Counted from the stretch's first letter, positions 9,346-19,102 are shown. The stretch: 45,684 nucleotides of DNA from Candidatus Methylomirabilota bacterium (GCA_046728035.1 JBKPDT010000240.1:1-45684); one strand, 5' to 3'. The notes: a model not told the origin generated them from the sequence alone. A program made the numbers and translations.

Positions 9346-10332
9346 TCATCCGAACGTGAAAACGAAGGCCTCGACGCCCGCGTCGAGGAACTCGATCTCG
9401 AACAGCCGGCCGTCGATCGGCGGGGGCTGGCGGATCAGCTGGTACATGCGCTGGTAGTCGGCGCTGCCGTTGCCGCTCTCATCGACGTCGACCCCGTGGG
9501 CGAGCCCGGATGGCTCGCCGTCGAGGCGCAGCCTGAAGCGCACGGGCGGGCGCCCCGCAGGAGGCCCCATCACGAGATGCAGGTCACGAGCGTGGAACTG
9601 AAACGAGATGGAACCTCCCGGCCCAGTGAGCAACGCGGGCACCACGCCGATCCGCCAGTCGCCTGAAAGCGCCCACTGGTTGCGGCGCAGCTCGGCCGGC
9701 GCCGAGTACACGTGGCGCTCGTCCGGCACAATGCCGCCAGGGGAGGCGAAACCCACGGCCCGGTCATAGCCGACGTAGCTCTCCGGCGAGCCCAAGCTGG
9801 CCCAGTCGGCCGCCGCCTCGACACCGTCGGGCTCGAGTCGCACGAGGCCGTGATCGACGTCCGCACCGGCCTCGCGCAAGAGCATCTGGAGGACCATCTC
9901 GGACTCCTCGTACTCGCCCTCGCCGAAGTGGTGGTGCCGGATCCGACCCCGGGTGTCGACGAAGTACAGGGCGGGCCAGTAGTGGTTGTCGAACGCCCGC
10001 CAGACGGCGTAGTCGTTGTCCACCACCAGCGGGTAGCGGACGTTCATCTCCTCGATGGCGCGGGCCAGGTTGTCGAGATCGCCCTCGAACTCGAACTCGG
10101 GCGTCTGCACACCGACGACCGCCAGTCCTACGTCCGCGTACTTGTCCGCCCACGCACGCACGTAGGGAAGCGAGCGTATCCAGTTGATGCAGGTGTAGGT
10201 GCCGAAGCTGACGAGGACCACGCGGCCCCGGAGACCCGCAGCCGTCAGCGGTGGAGCGTTCAGCCAGGCGGTCGCCCCGTCGAACGCAGGCAGCTCGCCT
10301 TCGGGAGGAAACTCATTGCGATGACGAAGCAT
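9346..10332 (-). CDS. Redoxin / DipZ-like thioredoxin family protein
   Basis: GRVVLVSFGTYTCINWIR, HHHFGEGEY, FHARDLHLVM, C-terminal FTFG. Confidence 0.88.
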   Translation of the reverse strand: MLRHRNEFPPEGELPAFDGATAWLNAPPLTAAGLRGRVVLVSFGTYTCINWIRSLPYVRAWADKYADVGLAVVGVQTPEFEFEGDLDNLARAIEEMNVRYPLVVDNDYAVWRAFDNHYWPALYFVDTRGRIRHHHFGEGEYEESEMVLQMLLREAGADVDHGLVRLEPDGVEAAADWASLGSPESYVGYDRAVGFASPGGIVPDERHVYSAPAELRRNQWALSGDWRIGVVPALLTGPGGSISFQFHARDLHLVMGPPAGRPPVRFRLRLDGEPSGLAHGVDVDESGNGSADYQRMYQLIRQPPPIDGRLFEIEFLDAGVEAFVFTFG

Positions 10333-10410
10333 GCCTGGCTCCGATCCTCATCGCGGATAGCGCAGCCGTGATCGCTGAGATGAACGCGGGTCCCGCGATC
10401 GTACGCGGAC

Positions 10411-10521
10411 CATCCGCCAGCGCGCCGAGGCGATGCGCCGGCGCAGGTCGTCCAGCTCTTCCTGCGGAACCTCGACGTAGACCGGGCGGACGTCGATGGC
10501 GGTCTCAACGTTGCGAGGCAT
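10411..10521 (-). pseudogene. Epoxide hydrolase N-terminal (EHN) fragment
   Basis: MPRNVETAIDVRPVYVEVPQEELDDLRRRIASARW; GGAGG RBS; remainder deleted. Confidence 0.65.
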
Positions 10522-10544
10522 GACACCCTCCGTTCTCGATGGGG

Positions 10545-10650
10545 ATGCTGATCAGCTCGGCACGCGCGCTGGCGGACGACGACCGCACCCTGGCGGTGTC
10601 CGCGTGTCACGACGCCATCCGCAAGGCGATCACGGCGCACATGGCGAGCG
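10545..10650 (+). pseudogene. HEPN-domain gene fragment (copy 1)
   Basis: LISSARALADDDRTLAVSACHDAIRKAITAHMA resembles the N-terminal helices of actinobacterial HEPN proteins. Confidence 0.55.
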
Positions 10651-10745
10651 CGATCACCGCAGTCGTACGAGACTGCCCGGCCAGCGCCGCGTGCAACGCG
10701 AGGGTGGGTCGTCCCGATGGAGGCAAACGTTCCCCCGGTGTCGGG

Positions 10746-11396
10746 CTAGCGCTTGTCTAGTAGGCCGAGGTCGAGCGCTCGTAGCACGGCGCGGGTGCGG
10801 TCGCGGACGCCGAGCTTGAGCAGCAGGTTGGAGACGTGGTTCTTGACGGTGCCGGTGGCCAGGTGGAGCGCGGATGCAATTTCGCTGTTCGAGTAGCCGG
10901 TGGCCACGAGTCGCAGGACTTCGAGTTCGCGGGCTGTGAGCGGATCGGGGGGAGAGATGCCGGGGAGGTCGGCGGCGCGTTCGGAGGCGGCGCGTAGGAG
11001 CCGGTCGGTGAGCGCTGGTTGGAGGAGGGTTCCGCCGGCGGCGATGGTTTGGATCGCGCCGACGAGTTGGTCGAGGGTGACGTCTTTGAGGAGGTAGCCG
11101 CGGGCGCCGGCGCGCAGGGCCCTGAGCGCGAGTTCGTCATCGTCGAAGGTGGTGAGGACGAGGACGGGGACGTGGTTGTCGCGAGCCCGGAGCGCTTCGA
11201 GCGTGGCGATGCCGTCGCGGCGGGGCATGCGCAGATCGAGGAGCAGCACGTCGACGTCGCTCGTGTCGAGGATGGCGAGTGCTGCGTCGCCGTCGCCGGC
11301 CTCGGCGACGACGTCGATCTCGTTGCTGAGAGCGAGGAGGCTACGGATTCCTTGGCGGACCAGCGTCTGGTCATCGACGATGGCCACCCGGGTCAC
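10746..11396 (-). CDS. NarL/LuxR family response regulator
   Basis: VAIVDDQ, LLDLRMP, GYLLKD, LTARELEVL...TVKNHVSNLLLKL. Confidence 0.95.
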   Translation of the reverse strand: MTRVAIVDDQTLVRQGIRSLLALSNEIDVVAEAGDGDAALAILDTSDVDVLLLDLRMPRRDGIATLEALRARDNHVPVLVLTTFDDDELALRALRAGARGYLLKDVTLDQLVGAIQTIAAGGTLLQPALTDRLLRAASERAADLPGISPPDPLTARELEVLRLVATGYSNSEIASALHLATGTVKNHVSNLLLKLGVRDRTRAVLRALDLGLLDKR

Positions 11397-12532
11397 GGAG
11401 CGGGTACCCGGGCGATGACGGCGAAGCCGCGGCCGGCTCCGGTCTGGAGGGCGATCTCGCCGCCGCGCTGCTCGATGCGTTCGCGTATGCCGTTCAGGCC
11501 GTTGCCGGGCACGAGGTACGCAGTGCCGCGCCCGTTGTCGCGCGTGTTGAGGCGGACGCCGGCGTCGTCGATCACGATGCTGATGGTGAGATGGTCCGCA
11601 TCGGCGTGTCGCAGTGTGTTGGTGAGGATCTCTTGGACGCAGCGGACGATGGTGAGGGCGCTGGCCTCGTCGAGGGGTGCGCGTTCATCCACGGTGAGCT
11701 CTACCGTGAGCCCGGGCAGGCCGGTGACCAGTTCCCGCAGCGTGCGCTCGAGATCCCCGATGCCGGCGCGCAACTCACCGACTGCCTCGCGTACGTCGCG
11801 CAGCAGGTCCTTGGCAATGGCGCGTGCCCGTCTGACGTGGGTAGCGGTCTGGCCGTCGCTGTGACGTGAGGCGACCTCGAGCTCGAGCGCTAGGGCGGTC
11901 AGTTGATGTCCGACGACGTCGTGGAGGTCGCGGGAGATGCGCAGCCGTTCGGCTGTGCGGGTCGACGCGGCCAGCAGGACGGTGGCGGCGCGTAGCTCGG
12001 CATGTGCCGCGGCCAGCTCGGCTCTCGCTGCGACCTCGCGCTGCTCGCTGCCGACGACCATCACCGCGAAGCACTGGAAGCTGCCGTAGACGGCGGTGGA
12101 GAGGACGACCTGGGTTGCGGATTGCCCGTCGAGGGCGGTGCCCAGCGCCACGATGGCGGACTGGGCGGCTACGACCGCAAGGACTCCTCGCGCCGTCAGG
12201 ACGTAGGCAGCGGACGCGGCGGTGACGACGAACAGCACCGGGGTCCACCCGAGCTCGGGTGAAGCCAGCCAAGCGATGGCACCGGCGATGAGCTCAACGG
12301 CCAGGAGCCGTCGGTAGGAGGCCCATTGCGGCCGCGATCGCACGAGGTCGGCGTCGAGGGTGAATGCGGCGAGGTACAGCCCGTACGCGGCCCACCACAA
12401 CGGAGCCGACGACGGGCGGAACCCCGACGCGTCAGCAGGGTCAGCGAACAGCGCGCCCACCCCGACGGCCACGGTTGCGACCAGGCCGGCGGCTGCGCTC
12501 AGCCGCTCCTCACGACGGCTCTCCACGGGCAT
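11393..12532 (-). CDS. Sensor histidine kinase (HisKA_3, DesK-like)
   Basis: TM N-terminus; ERLRISRDLHDVVGHQL H-box, QEILTNTLRHA, DNGRG, GNGLNGIRER; start trimmed to ATG 12532. Confidence 0.92.
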   Translation of the reverse strand: MPVESRREERLSAAAGLVATVAVGVGALFADPADASGFRPSSAPLWWAAYGLYLAAFTLDADLVRSRPQWASYRRLLAVELIAGAIAWLASPELGWTPVLFVVTAASAAYVLTARGVLAVVAAQSAIVALGTALDGQSATQVVLSTAVYGSFQCFAVMVVGSEQREVAARAELAAAHAELRAATVLLAASTRTAERLRISRDLHDVVGHQLTALALELEVASRHSDGQTATHVRRARAIAKDLLRDVREAVGELRAGIGDLERTLRELVTGLPGLTVELTVDERAPLDEASALTIVRCVQEILTNTLRHADADHLTISIVIDDAGVRLNTRDNGRGTAYLVPGNGLNGIRERIEQRGGEIALQTGAGRGFAVIARVPAP

Positions 12533-12562
12533 GACCCTACCGATGGGGCCGCGGCCAGGCCC

Positions 12563-12601
12563 GTGCCAGAGGTCATGGATCGAGACGATGACCTCCGGCA
12601 C
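12563..12601. promoter_or_regulatory. Inverted repeat, putative response-regulator site between divergent TCS and ABC operons
   Basis: gtgccagaggtcat-N11-atgacctccggcac (13/14 matching). Confidence 0.6.
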
Positions 12602-12655
12602 TCGTCATGCCCGGCCCGGTCTTCATACCGTTCGTGGGGACGGAAGGAGCCCGAG

Positions 12656-13384
12656 ATGACCGTGCTGGAGATGCGTTCGGTTCGCAAGGAATACGGCGGC
12701 GTGACGGCGCTGGCCGATATGGATCTGCGGGTCGAGCGCGGTCAGATCGTCGCGCTCTTGGGGCCCAACGGTGCTGGCAAGTCGACGGCGTTCGAGCTGC
12801 TGCTCGGTTTGATTCGACCCGCCGCCGGCGAGGTCTCGGTTCTCGAGCAGCCTCCCGGTGGGCCGGTCCGCAAGCGCGTGGGCGCGATGCTGCAGAACGC
12901 AGGGTTGCCCGAGCAGGTCACCGTGCGTGAGCTCGTCCGTCTCATCGGGCGCAGTTACCCAGCGTCCCTACCCGTGGACGAGGTCCTCGAACGGACCGAT
13001 CTGACCTCCCGTGCGTCGCGCCTGGTGACCGACCTCTCGGGCGGGGAACGCCAGCGGCTCCAGCTGGCCATGGCACTGGTCGGCGCCCCCGAGGTGCTGC
13101 TGCTCGATGAGCCGACGGTGGCCATGGATGTCGCCTCCCGCCACGCGTTCTGGGATCGCGCCCGTGCCAGTGTTCGCGATGGCGCCACGATCCTGTTCGC
13201 GACTCACGACCTTGCCGAAGCCGCCGCCGTCGCCGATCGCATTGTGGTCATCCACGAGGGCCGGGTCATCGCCGAGGGCACGCCCGACGACCTCACTGAC
13301 CACGGCAGCCGAGACCTCGAGGAGGTGTTCCTCCTGCTCACCCAAGAGACCAGCACCCCGCTCGCGGATGGAGGATGGCGATGA
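12656..13384 (+). CDS. ABC transporter ATP-binding protein
   Basis: AAGGAG RBS; GPNGAGKS, LSGGE, LLLDEP, THD. Confidence 0.93.
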   Translation: MTVLEMRSVRKEYGGVTALADMDLRVERGQIVALLGPNGAGKSTAFELLLGLIRPAAGEVSVLEQPPGGPVRKRVGAMLQNAGLPEQVTVRELVRLIGRSYPASLPVDEVLERTDLTSRASRLVTDLSGGERQRLQLAMALVGAPEVLLLDEPTVAMDVASRHAFWDRARASVRDGATILFATHDLAEAAAVADRIVVIHEGRVIAEGTPDDLTDHGSRDLEEVFLLLTQETSTPLADGGWR

Positions 13385-14250
13385 GAGCCCGTACCACCGA
13401 CCCGGCTCACCGCACCGCGACACACCCGCGACCAGGGCCGCCTGTCGGCACGCGCCCCAACGCAGGCCCCCTCGGCCTCCTCGCGCTGACCGCTTGGATC
13501 GAGCTGCGCTCCAGCGCCCGCAGCGCCGAGTTCGCTGTCGGCGCAGTCGCCATCCCCGTGCTGCTGTACGTGATGTTCGGCCTGCCCGACGTGGACAAGC
13601 TCGGCGCCGGCACCACGATGCGCACCGCGATGCTTGTCTCGCTCAGCGCCTACGGCGTGATCTCTCTCGCCATCTTCACCTTCGGTGAGAGCATCGCCAA
13701 GGAACGCGGCCGCGGGTGGACCCGAACCCTCCGAGCCACCCCGCTTCCGGCAAGCATCCAACTGCTAGGCAAGACCGTCACAGCGCTCGCGCATGCCGGG
13801 CTGATCGTGGCAGCCATGAGCCTGCTCGCCGCCACCGCTGGCAGCGTCGACCTGCCGATCAGCACCTGGATCGCGTTCGGGGCCACAATGCTCGGCGGCG
13901 TCGTCACCTTCAGTGCTCTCGGCTTCGCGATCGCCCTGCTGGCCAGGCCACGCACCGCGACAGTCATCTCGAACCTGATCTTCCTCCCCCTCGCGTTCGC
14001 GTCCGGGTTCTTCGTCCCACTCTCGGAGCTCCCCGCCACCATGCGCGGCGTCGCGCCCTGGCTACCCACCTTCCACTTCGGACAGCTCGCCTACCGAACC
14101 GCGATGCCGGCCAGCGACGTCGGGGAGTTCACCGGCATCACGACCGGCTCGATCGGCGTACACCTCGCCTGGGTGATCGCCACCACCGTCGCACTCGGCG
14201 GGGCCGCCCTGCTCGCCGCCCGGCGCGAAGCCGTGACCCGACGTCGGTGA
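13381..14250 (+). CDS. ABC-2 type permease
   Basis: ERGRGWTRTLRATP motif; ~6 TM; ATGA overlap with the ATPase. Confidence 0.9.
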   Translation: MRARTTDPAHRTATHPRPGPPVGTRPNAGPLGLLALTAWIELRSSARSAEFAVGAVAIPVLLYVMFGLPDVDKLGAGTTMRTAMLVSLSAYGVISLAIFTFGESIAKERGRGWTRTLRATPLPASIQLLGKTVTALAHAGLIVAAMSLLAATAGSVDLPISTWIAFGATMLGGVVTFSALGFAIALLARPRTATVISNLIFLPLAFASGFFVPLSELPATMRGVAPWLPTFHFGQLAYRTAMPASDVGEFTGITTGSIGVHLAWVIATTVALGGAALLAARREAVTRRR

Positions 14251-14429
14251 ACAAACCAGGTCGGCGACTCTGTTGTCGGTCTATCAGTTCCCATCGCCCC
14301 CTCCCCGGCGAGCCCGAACGTACGGCCCGCCGGCGTGCGCGCCCCGCTGCGGTGGACGACCTCGAGCTGCTAGCGCGTTTGGTATCAGGCATGAGACGGT
14401 CGCACCGCTCTCGTGCCATGCCACCGGGG

Positions 14430-14685
14430 ATGACGCTCTGCGCGGCGTCATCCTCGGGCGGATCCATCCCGACGACACCGACGGCCTGGTCTGCGGGCGC
14501 GGGCGACGCCATCCGCAAGCCGATCACCGCCCACATGGCGGCCCTCGGCCATCGGCCGCGGGCCGGCGAGGCCGCCCACCGGATCGTGCTCGATTACGCC
14601 CGCCACCGGCTCGACGGGGTGCTGACCGCGGATCAGATCAACGACGCCGATGCCATACGTCGAGACCGGGGACTCGCCGAGGTAT
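14430..14685 (+). pseudogene. HEPN-domain gene fragment (copy 2)
   Basis: DAIRKPITAHMAALGHRPRAGEAAHRIVLDYARHRLDG...DAIRRDRGLAE; 33/36 nt identical to 10611-10646. Boundaries approximate. Confidence 0.55.
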
Positions 14686-14826
14686 CGCTCGGGGGTCCGC
14701 TGGACTTCGGGACCTTACGCAGGACCCAAACTCCAGCCACAGCCACGGATTCGGGTGTAGTCCGCGGACCCGGCGGCGGAATCGGTACTGGTCAGCGGAC
14801 TGGACCACACGCCCTGGACGACCGGT

Positions 14827-14875
14827 CACGGTCTCCTGAGCGGTAGGCCGCAGGTTCGAGTCCTGCCGGGGGCAC
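14827..14875 (+). pseudogene. 3' remnant of a tRNA, probably tRNA-Arg(CCT); att-site-like
   Basis: T-arm gcagg-ttcgagt-cctgc, acceptor 3' strand cgggggc-a-c, degenerate anticodon loop ctcctga; no 5' half or D-arm. Confidence 0.7.
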
Positions 14876-14932
14876 GGCAAAAGTGCTGGTGAGGGCGCTA
14901 CGACTTCGCTGGGAGGTGAATCGTCAGGTGCA

Positions 14933-14986
14933 GTACACCTCGTCGGTACACCCGTAGAGCCACGGATCGCGGGCCACGGATCGCGG
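14933..14986. repeat. Short direct repeats next to the tRNA remnant
   Basis: gtacacc twice (14933-14952) and an exact tandem 14-mer gccacggatcgcgg (14959-14972, 14973-14986). Confidence 0.7.
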
Positions 14987-15175
14987 GATGCGGCGGCCAC
15001 CAGCGGGAATGCGGTTCGACTCGGCGGCCGATGCCGACGCATGAGCGAGCGGCCGGACTTGAGCTCGCCCGAGGCGAGGATGTGCTCCGACACCCGCGTC
15101 GGCGGGTGGCGAGCGCGCTGCGCCTCACCGGTCGATCCGCGTCTACCATGCTGGGCAGGCGGATCGGCGGGCACA

Positions 15176-15439
15176 TTGGCGGAATACCGAATCGGGACCT
15201 TCGAGGTCGTCTCCAACGGCGAGCGCGTTCAGCTCGGCCTGCCGAGGCTGCGCGCCCTCCTGGCGATCCTATGGCTGAACGCCAATCAGATCGTTTCCAC
15301 CGATCGCCTCATCGACCTCATCTGGGGAGACCGCGCCCCGAGATCGGCGGGCCGTCCGGTCCAGATCAATGTCTCGGAGCTGCGGCGGATCCTCTCCGAG
15401 TTTCGGATGCCGGGATCGTTCGGATGTCTTGGGCACTGA
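15176..15439 (+). pseudogene. AfsR/SARP winged-HTH N-terminal fragment
   Basis: EYRIGTFEVVSNGERVQLGLPRLRALLAILWLNANQIVSTDRLIDLIWGDRAP...VSELRRIL; BTAD domain absent. Confidence 0.75.
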
Positions 15440-15462
15440 GGGGGTCGTCGGGGTCCGTGTGG

Positions 15463-18288
15463 ATGCCCACCGGTTCGGAGGCGGGATGGGCGGCAGCTGG
15501 CACCGGGCCCGACCTGGCGGGTCCGGCTCTGGTTGAGCAGGGGACGCCGGCCCGCAGCGCTGCGGACGGCTGGCACCCGCGCACGTTCCTGTTGACCGAC
15601 ATCGTCGATTCGGTGTCGCTGTGGGAGCGCGACCCCGTGGCGATGTCGCAGGCGGTGGCGTGGCACGACACGGTCATCCAGGACATGGTCGATGCTGCGG
15701 GCGGCCAGATCCTGAGAACCAAGGGTGAGGGCGACTCGACGTTCTCCGTCTTCGAACAGCCTGCCGGTGCGTTGGCCGCGGCAGCGGATGTCCAAGAGGC
15801 GGTTGCCCGCGAGCCGTGGCCGTCGACGATGGCGCTGCGAGTGCGCGTCGGTGTGCACACCGGGGACGCGGAGCCGCGTGACGGCGACTGGTACGGGCCG
15901 GCGGTGAACCGTGCCGCCCGGCTCCGGGCTCTGGCCGACGGCGGGCAGACGCTCGTGTCGGGGGTGACCGCAGGTCTGGTGGCCGATCGGATCCCCAAGA
16001 TGGTTCGGCTGCTGTATCTCGGGCGGCGAGTCCTGCGCGGCATCGAGCGGCCCGAAGAGGTATGGGAACTGGTTCGCGCGGACGACCCGAGAATGGCCAC
16101 TCCGATTCGGGTCAGGGTCGGCGATCTGCCGGTCGCGCGTACGCGCTTCGTTGGTCGTACCCAGGACCTCGACCATCTCGGGGAACTGATCCAGACCGAA
16201 CAGCTGGTCACGCTCACCGGGCCCGGGGGTAGCGGAAAGACCAGATTGGCGCTCGAGGTGGCGAGGTGCGCTCGGCGACGAGGGGTGCGGGTTTGGCTGG
16301 CCGAGCTGGCGCCGTTGCGAGACCCGGGGTTGGTGGCCCAGGCGGTTGCCAAGGCGATCGGCCTCGAGACCGGACCGGATCCACTGGAGGAACTGCTTGC
16401 ACGAGCAGACACGCTTGCCGGGATGTTGGTGCTCGACAACTGCGAGCACCTGCTCGACGCCTGTGCAGCGCTCACCGAACGGTTGCTGGCGGCCGCGTCT
16501 GACATCGGGGTGCTGGCCACGAGCCGGGAGCCGCTGCGTCTGACCGGAGAGCGAGAGTGGCCGGTTCGATCCCTGGACGTACCGGACGAGTCGCTACGGG
16601 ACCCAGCGGGACTGGCTCGAGTCGAGTCGGTCCAGTTGCTGATCGACCGGGCCCGAGCAGTCCGGCCCGACTTGGACGTCGGCCAGGATGACGTCGCGCC
16701 CCTCGTGCAAATCTGCCGCGCTCTCGACGGGGTACCACTGGCGATCGAGTTGGCAGCCAGCCGACTTCGCTCGCTCGGTTTCGCTGAACTGGCCGCCCGA
16801 CTTCGCGACCAGCTGGCGACGCTGGCTCGGCCCATATCCGCCTGCCGGGACGACGCCCGGCACCGGTCCCTTCGCATGACCCTCGACTGGAGCTACGAGC
16901 TTCTGACCGACGAGCAACGCGAGGTTGCCCAGCGGCTGTCGGTGTTTGCTGGCGGGTTCCGCCTCGATGCCGTCGAGGCCGTGTGCGATGGCGACCTCGA
17001 CGTGCTCGACAGTGTCGACGAGCTGGTTGTCAAGTCACTGCTCAGCTTCGACGGAACGACCGCCCGGTACCGGCTGCTCGAACCGCTCCGCCAGTATCTT
17101 GCCGAGCGCTTGGCCGCATCCGGCACGACCGAGGTCGCTCAACGGGCGCACGGGGAGTGGACGGCGAGTCTTTGCCGGCGATTGGGCTTCGGTCTGCTGC
17201 AGGATCTCAGGGCCCGCAGCACCCGACTCCGCGAAGAGAGCGCCAACGTCGAGCTGGCCCTGCACTGGGCGCTCGAACACGGCGAACACGAGATCGCCCT
17301 GCGGATCGTCGGCTCGCTCGGCCAGTACTGGTTCTTCAACGACAACGCTGCCGGCCATCGCTGGTGTGCCGCGGTGATCGAGGCCAGCGCGTCAGCCCCT
17401 CCTCGAGGGCGAGCGGCGGCGCTGGTGAGCGCTGGCATGGTGGCTCAGAACGATCAGGCCTGGGACCGGTCGTTGGCCTGGCTCCACGAGGCACTGGCCA
17501 TCTACCGGGCCGAACAGGTGGCCCCGGGCCAGGCGGCGGCCCTGTTCTGGCTAGGACGTGCGCACGGAGACCCGGCGGAAGCTAAACGCTGCTTCGGCGA
17601 GAGCCTCGAGCTGTCAATGCAGCTCGGCGAGAGCGTCGGAGTCGGCATGTGTCGAGTCTTTATCAGCGTGTTGGCGGTCCGGGACGGAGCCCTGGACGAG
17701 GCGGTGCGGCTGGCGGAACAGGTCGTCGAGGAATGCTGTGCAAGCGGGGTCCACTATCCGGTCGGCCAGGCACTGGTCCTCCTCGCCTCCATCGCTCACC
17801 GTCGCGGCCAGGACGACGCCGCTCGCGCGTTCCTCCATGACGCGGTCACGCACAGCCGAGACGTCGACGACCGCCGGCAGCTGGCCGCGGTGCTGATCGA
17901 TCTGGCCGCTCAGGAAGCAAGCATGGGACGTGGTGCCGAGGCGCTCCAGGCCCTCGCAGAGTCGTCGCAGCTGGATGAGCAGATAGGACGACTGCCAAGG
18001 CGGTCCTACCAGCTCGCCGTCGCGGCCATGGCGCATCTGGCGCGCGACGAACGGGTACTGGCGATCTCAGCGCTGGGCGGCTACGACGCGCACCCCAGCG
18101 AGTTCGCCATCGCGCCTTTCGGCAGGATCGGTGGGCAAGTCAACTGGCTCGACCCTGCAGCCATGGCGGCCATGCGAGCCAGGGTGGACCCCGACGCGGT
18201 GGCCGCGGCCGCCGCCGCGGCACGCGCCAGATCGCTCGACGGACTCATCGATGAGCTGATCATCCAGCCAGCCGAGGACGCCAAGTGA
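15463..18288 (+). CDS. Adenylate/guanylate cyclase + STAND (NB-ARC-like) ATPase + TPR protein
   Basis: FLLTDIVDS, GEGDS, GVHTG, GPAVNRAARL; FVGR, GPGGSGKTRL, LVLDNCEHL, TSRE, LDGVPLAIELAA; TPR-like C-terminus. Start uncertain (15424 or 15463). Confidence 0.9.
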   Translation: MPTGSEAGWAAAGTGPDLAGPALVEQGTPARSAADGWHPRTFLLTDIVDSVSLWERDPVAMSQAVAWHDTVIQDMVDAAGGQILRTKGEGDSTFSVFEQPAGALAAAADVQEAVAREPWPSTMALRVRVGVHTGDAEPRDGDWYGPAVNRAARLRALADGGQTLVSGVTAGLVADRIPKMVRLLYLGRRVLRGIERPEEVWELVRADDPRMATPIRVRVGDLPVARTRFVGRTQDLDHLGELIQTEQLVTLTGPGGSGKTRLALEVARCARRRGVRVWLAELAPLRDPGLVAQAVAKAIGLETGPDPLEELLARADTLAGMLVLDNCEHLLDACAALTERLLAAASDIGVLATSREPLRLTGEREWPVRSLDVPDESLRDPAGLARVESVQLLIDRARAVRPDLDVGQDDVAPLVQICRALDGVPLAIELAASRLRSLGFAELAARLRDQLATLARPISACRDDARHRSLRMTLDWSYELLTDEQREVAQRLSVFAGGFRLDAVEAVCDGDLDVLDSVDELVVKSLLSFDGTTARYRLLEPLRQYLAERLAASGTTEVAQRAHGEWTASLCRRLGFGLLQDLRARSTRLREESANVELALHWALEHGEHEIALRIVGSLGQYWFFNDNAAGHRWCAAVIEASASAPPRGRAAALVSAGMVAQNDQAWDRSLAWLHEALAIYRAEQVAPGQAAALFWLGRAHGDPAEAKRCFGESLELSMQLGESVGVGMCRVFISVLAVRDGALDEAVRLAEQVVEECCASGVHYPVGQALVLLASIAHRRGQDDAARAFLHDAVTHSRDVDDRRQLAAVLIDLAAQEASMGRGAEALQALAESSQLDEQIGRLPRRSYQLAVAAMAHLARDERVLAISALGGYDAHPSEFAIAPFGRIGGQVNWLDPAAMAAMRARVDPDAVAAAAAAARARSLDGLIDELIIQPAEDAK

Positions 18289-18637
18289 TCCCACTACACC
18301 GTCTTGCTGGCGTTGCCGATGACTCACGGGCTCCCGGTTATGAGCGCTTGTCAGTCCGATCCCGGGCTGGCGACGGCGTCGTGTTGGGCGGACAGCTCCC
18401 GCGGAGATGGCGGCCGCGGAACGCAGCGGGTGCATGGGCGGATCAGCCTTCAGAGGCAGTCGGGCGCACCCGATCGGGCTGCGCCCGCTCCCGGACCCTC
18501 GGTGTGGCGCGCTCGTCGGTGCCGCTCCGCCCCTTCCGTTGGGCCGGACTGCGGACGTTCGCGCCCGATCGAAGCCCTGTGGTGGGTTCGGGCGAGCGGC
18601 GCGCGCCTGCCTGGTCTTTGTCTGAGGAGATGTTCCC

Positions 18638-19009
18638 ATGGCAGACGTTGGTGTGATTCTCAAGCACTTTGAGTCACCCGATGAAACACGGAACTTCGAA
18701 CTTGGAACGTTCGAGGTCGTGCGCATCGGTGGCAACACCATCGGACGTGCCACCTATCAGCCCGGATGGAGATGGTCGCTGCACGTGGGACCGTCGCTGC
18801 GCCTCACGCGCTGTCCCGTGGAGCATGTCGGGCTTGTGCTTTCGGGCACCGCCACGGCCGCGTTCGATGATGGGACCGTCGTTGAATTACAGGCTGGCCA
18901 GCTGTTCTTCATTCCTGCGACGCCACACGACAGCTGGGTCATCGGAAATGAGCCCTACGTTTCCATCCATTTCCTGGGGGCCGAGCATTACGCGGCCCCG
19001 CACCGTTGA
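18638..19009 (+). CDS. Cupin domain protein
   Basis: AGGAG RBS; YQPGWRWS, CPVEHVG, FIPATPHDSWV. Confidence 0.88.
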   Translation: MADVGVILKHFESPDETRNFELGTFEVVRIGGNTIGRATYQPGWRWSLHVGPSLRLTRCPVEHVGLVLSGTATAAFDDGTVVELQAGQLFFIPATPHDSWVIGNEPYVSIHFLGAEHYAAPHR

Positions 19010-19102
19010 GACGACGACGCAGCAGGTGCGCCGCCATGAGCGTCGCCGAACGCTCCCGAGCGCCGGCGGACAGCGCGAGGAAGGCAGCTGGAAGCTGGAT
19101 GG

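Noticed and set aside
14827-14875. Functional tRNA gene
   Set aside because: No 5' acceptor strand or D-arm, and the anticodon stem is mismatched; kept only as a remnant.
15031-15462. N-terminal extension of the cyclase-STAND ORF
   Set aside because: Arg/Pro-rich off-frame translation lying over the SARP remnant.
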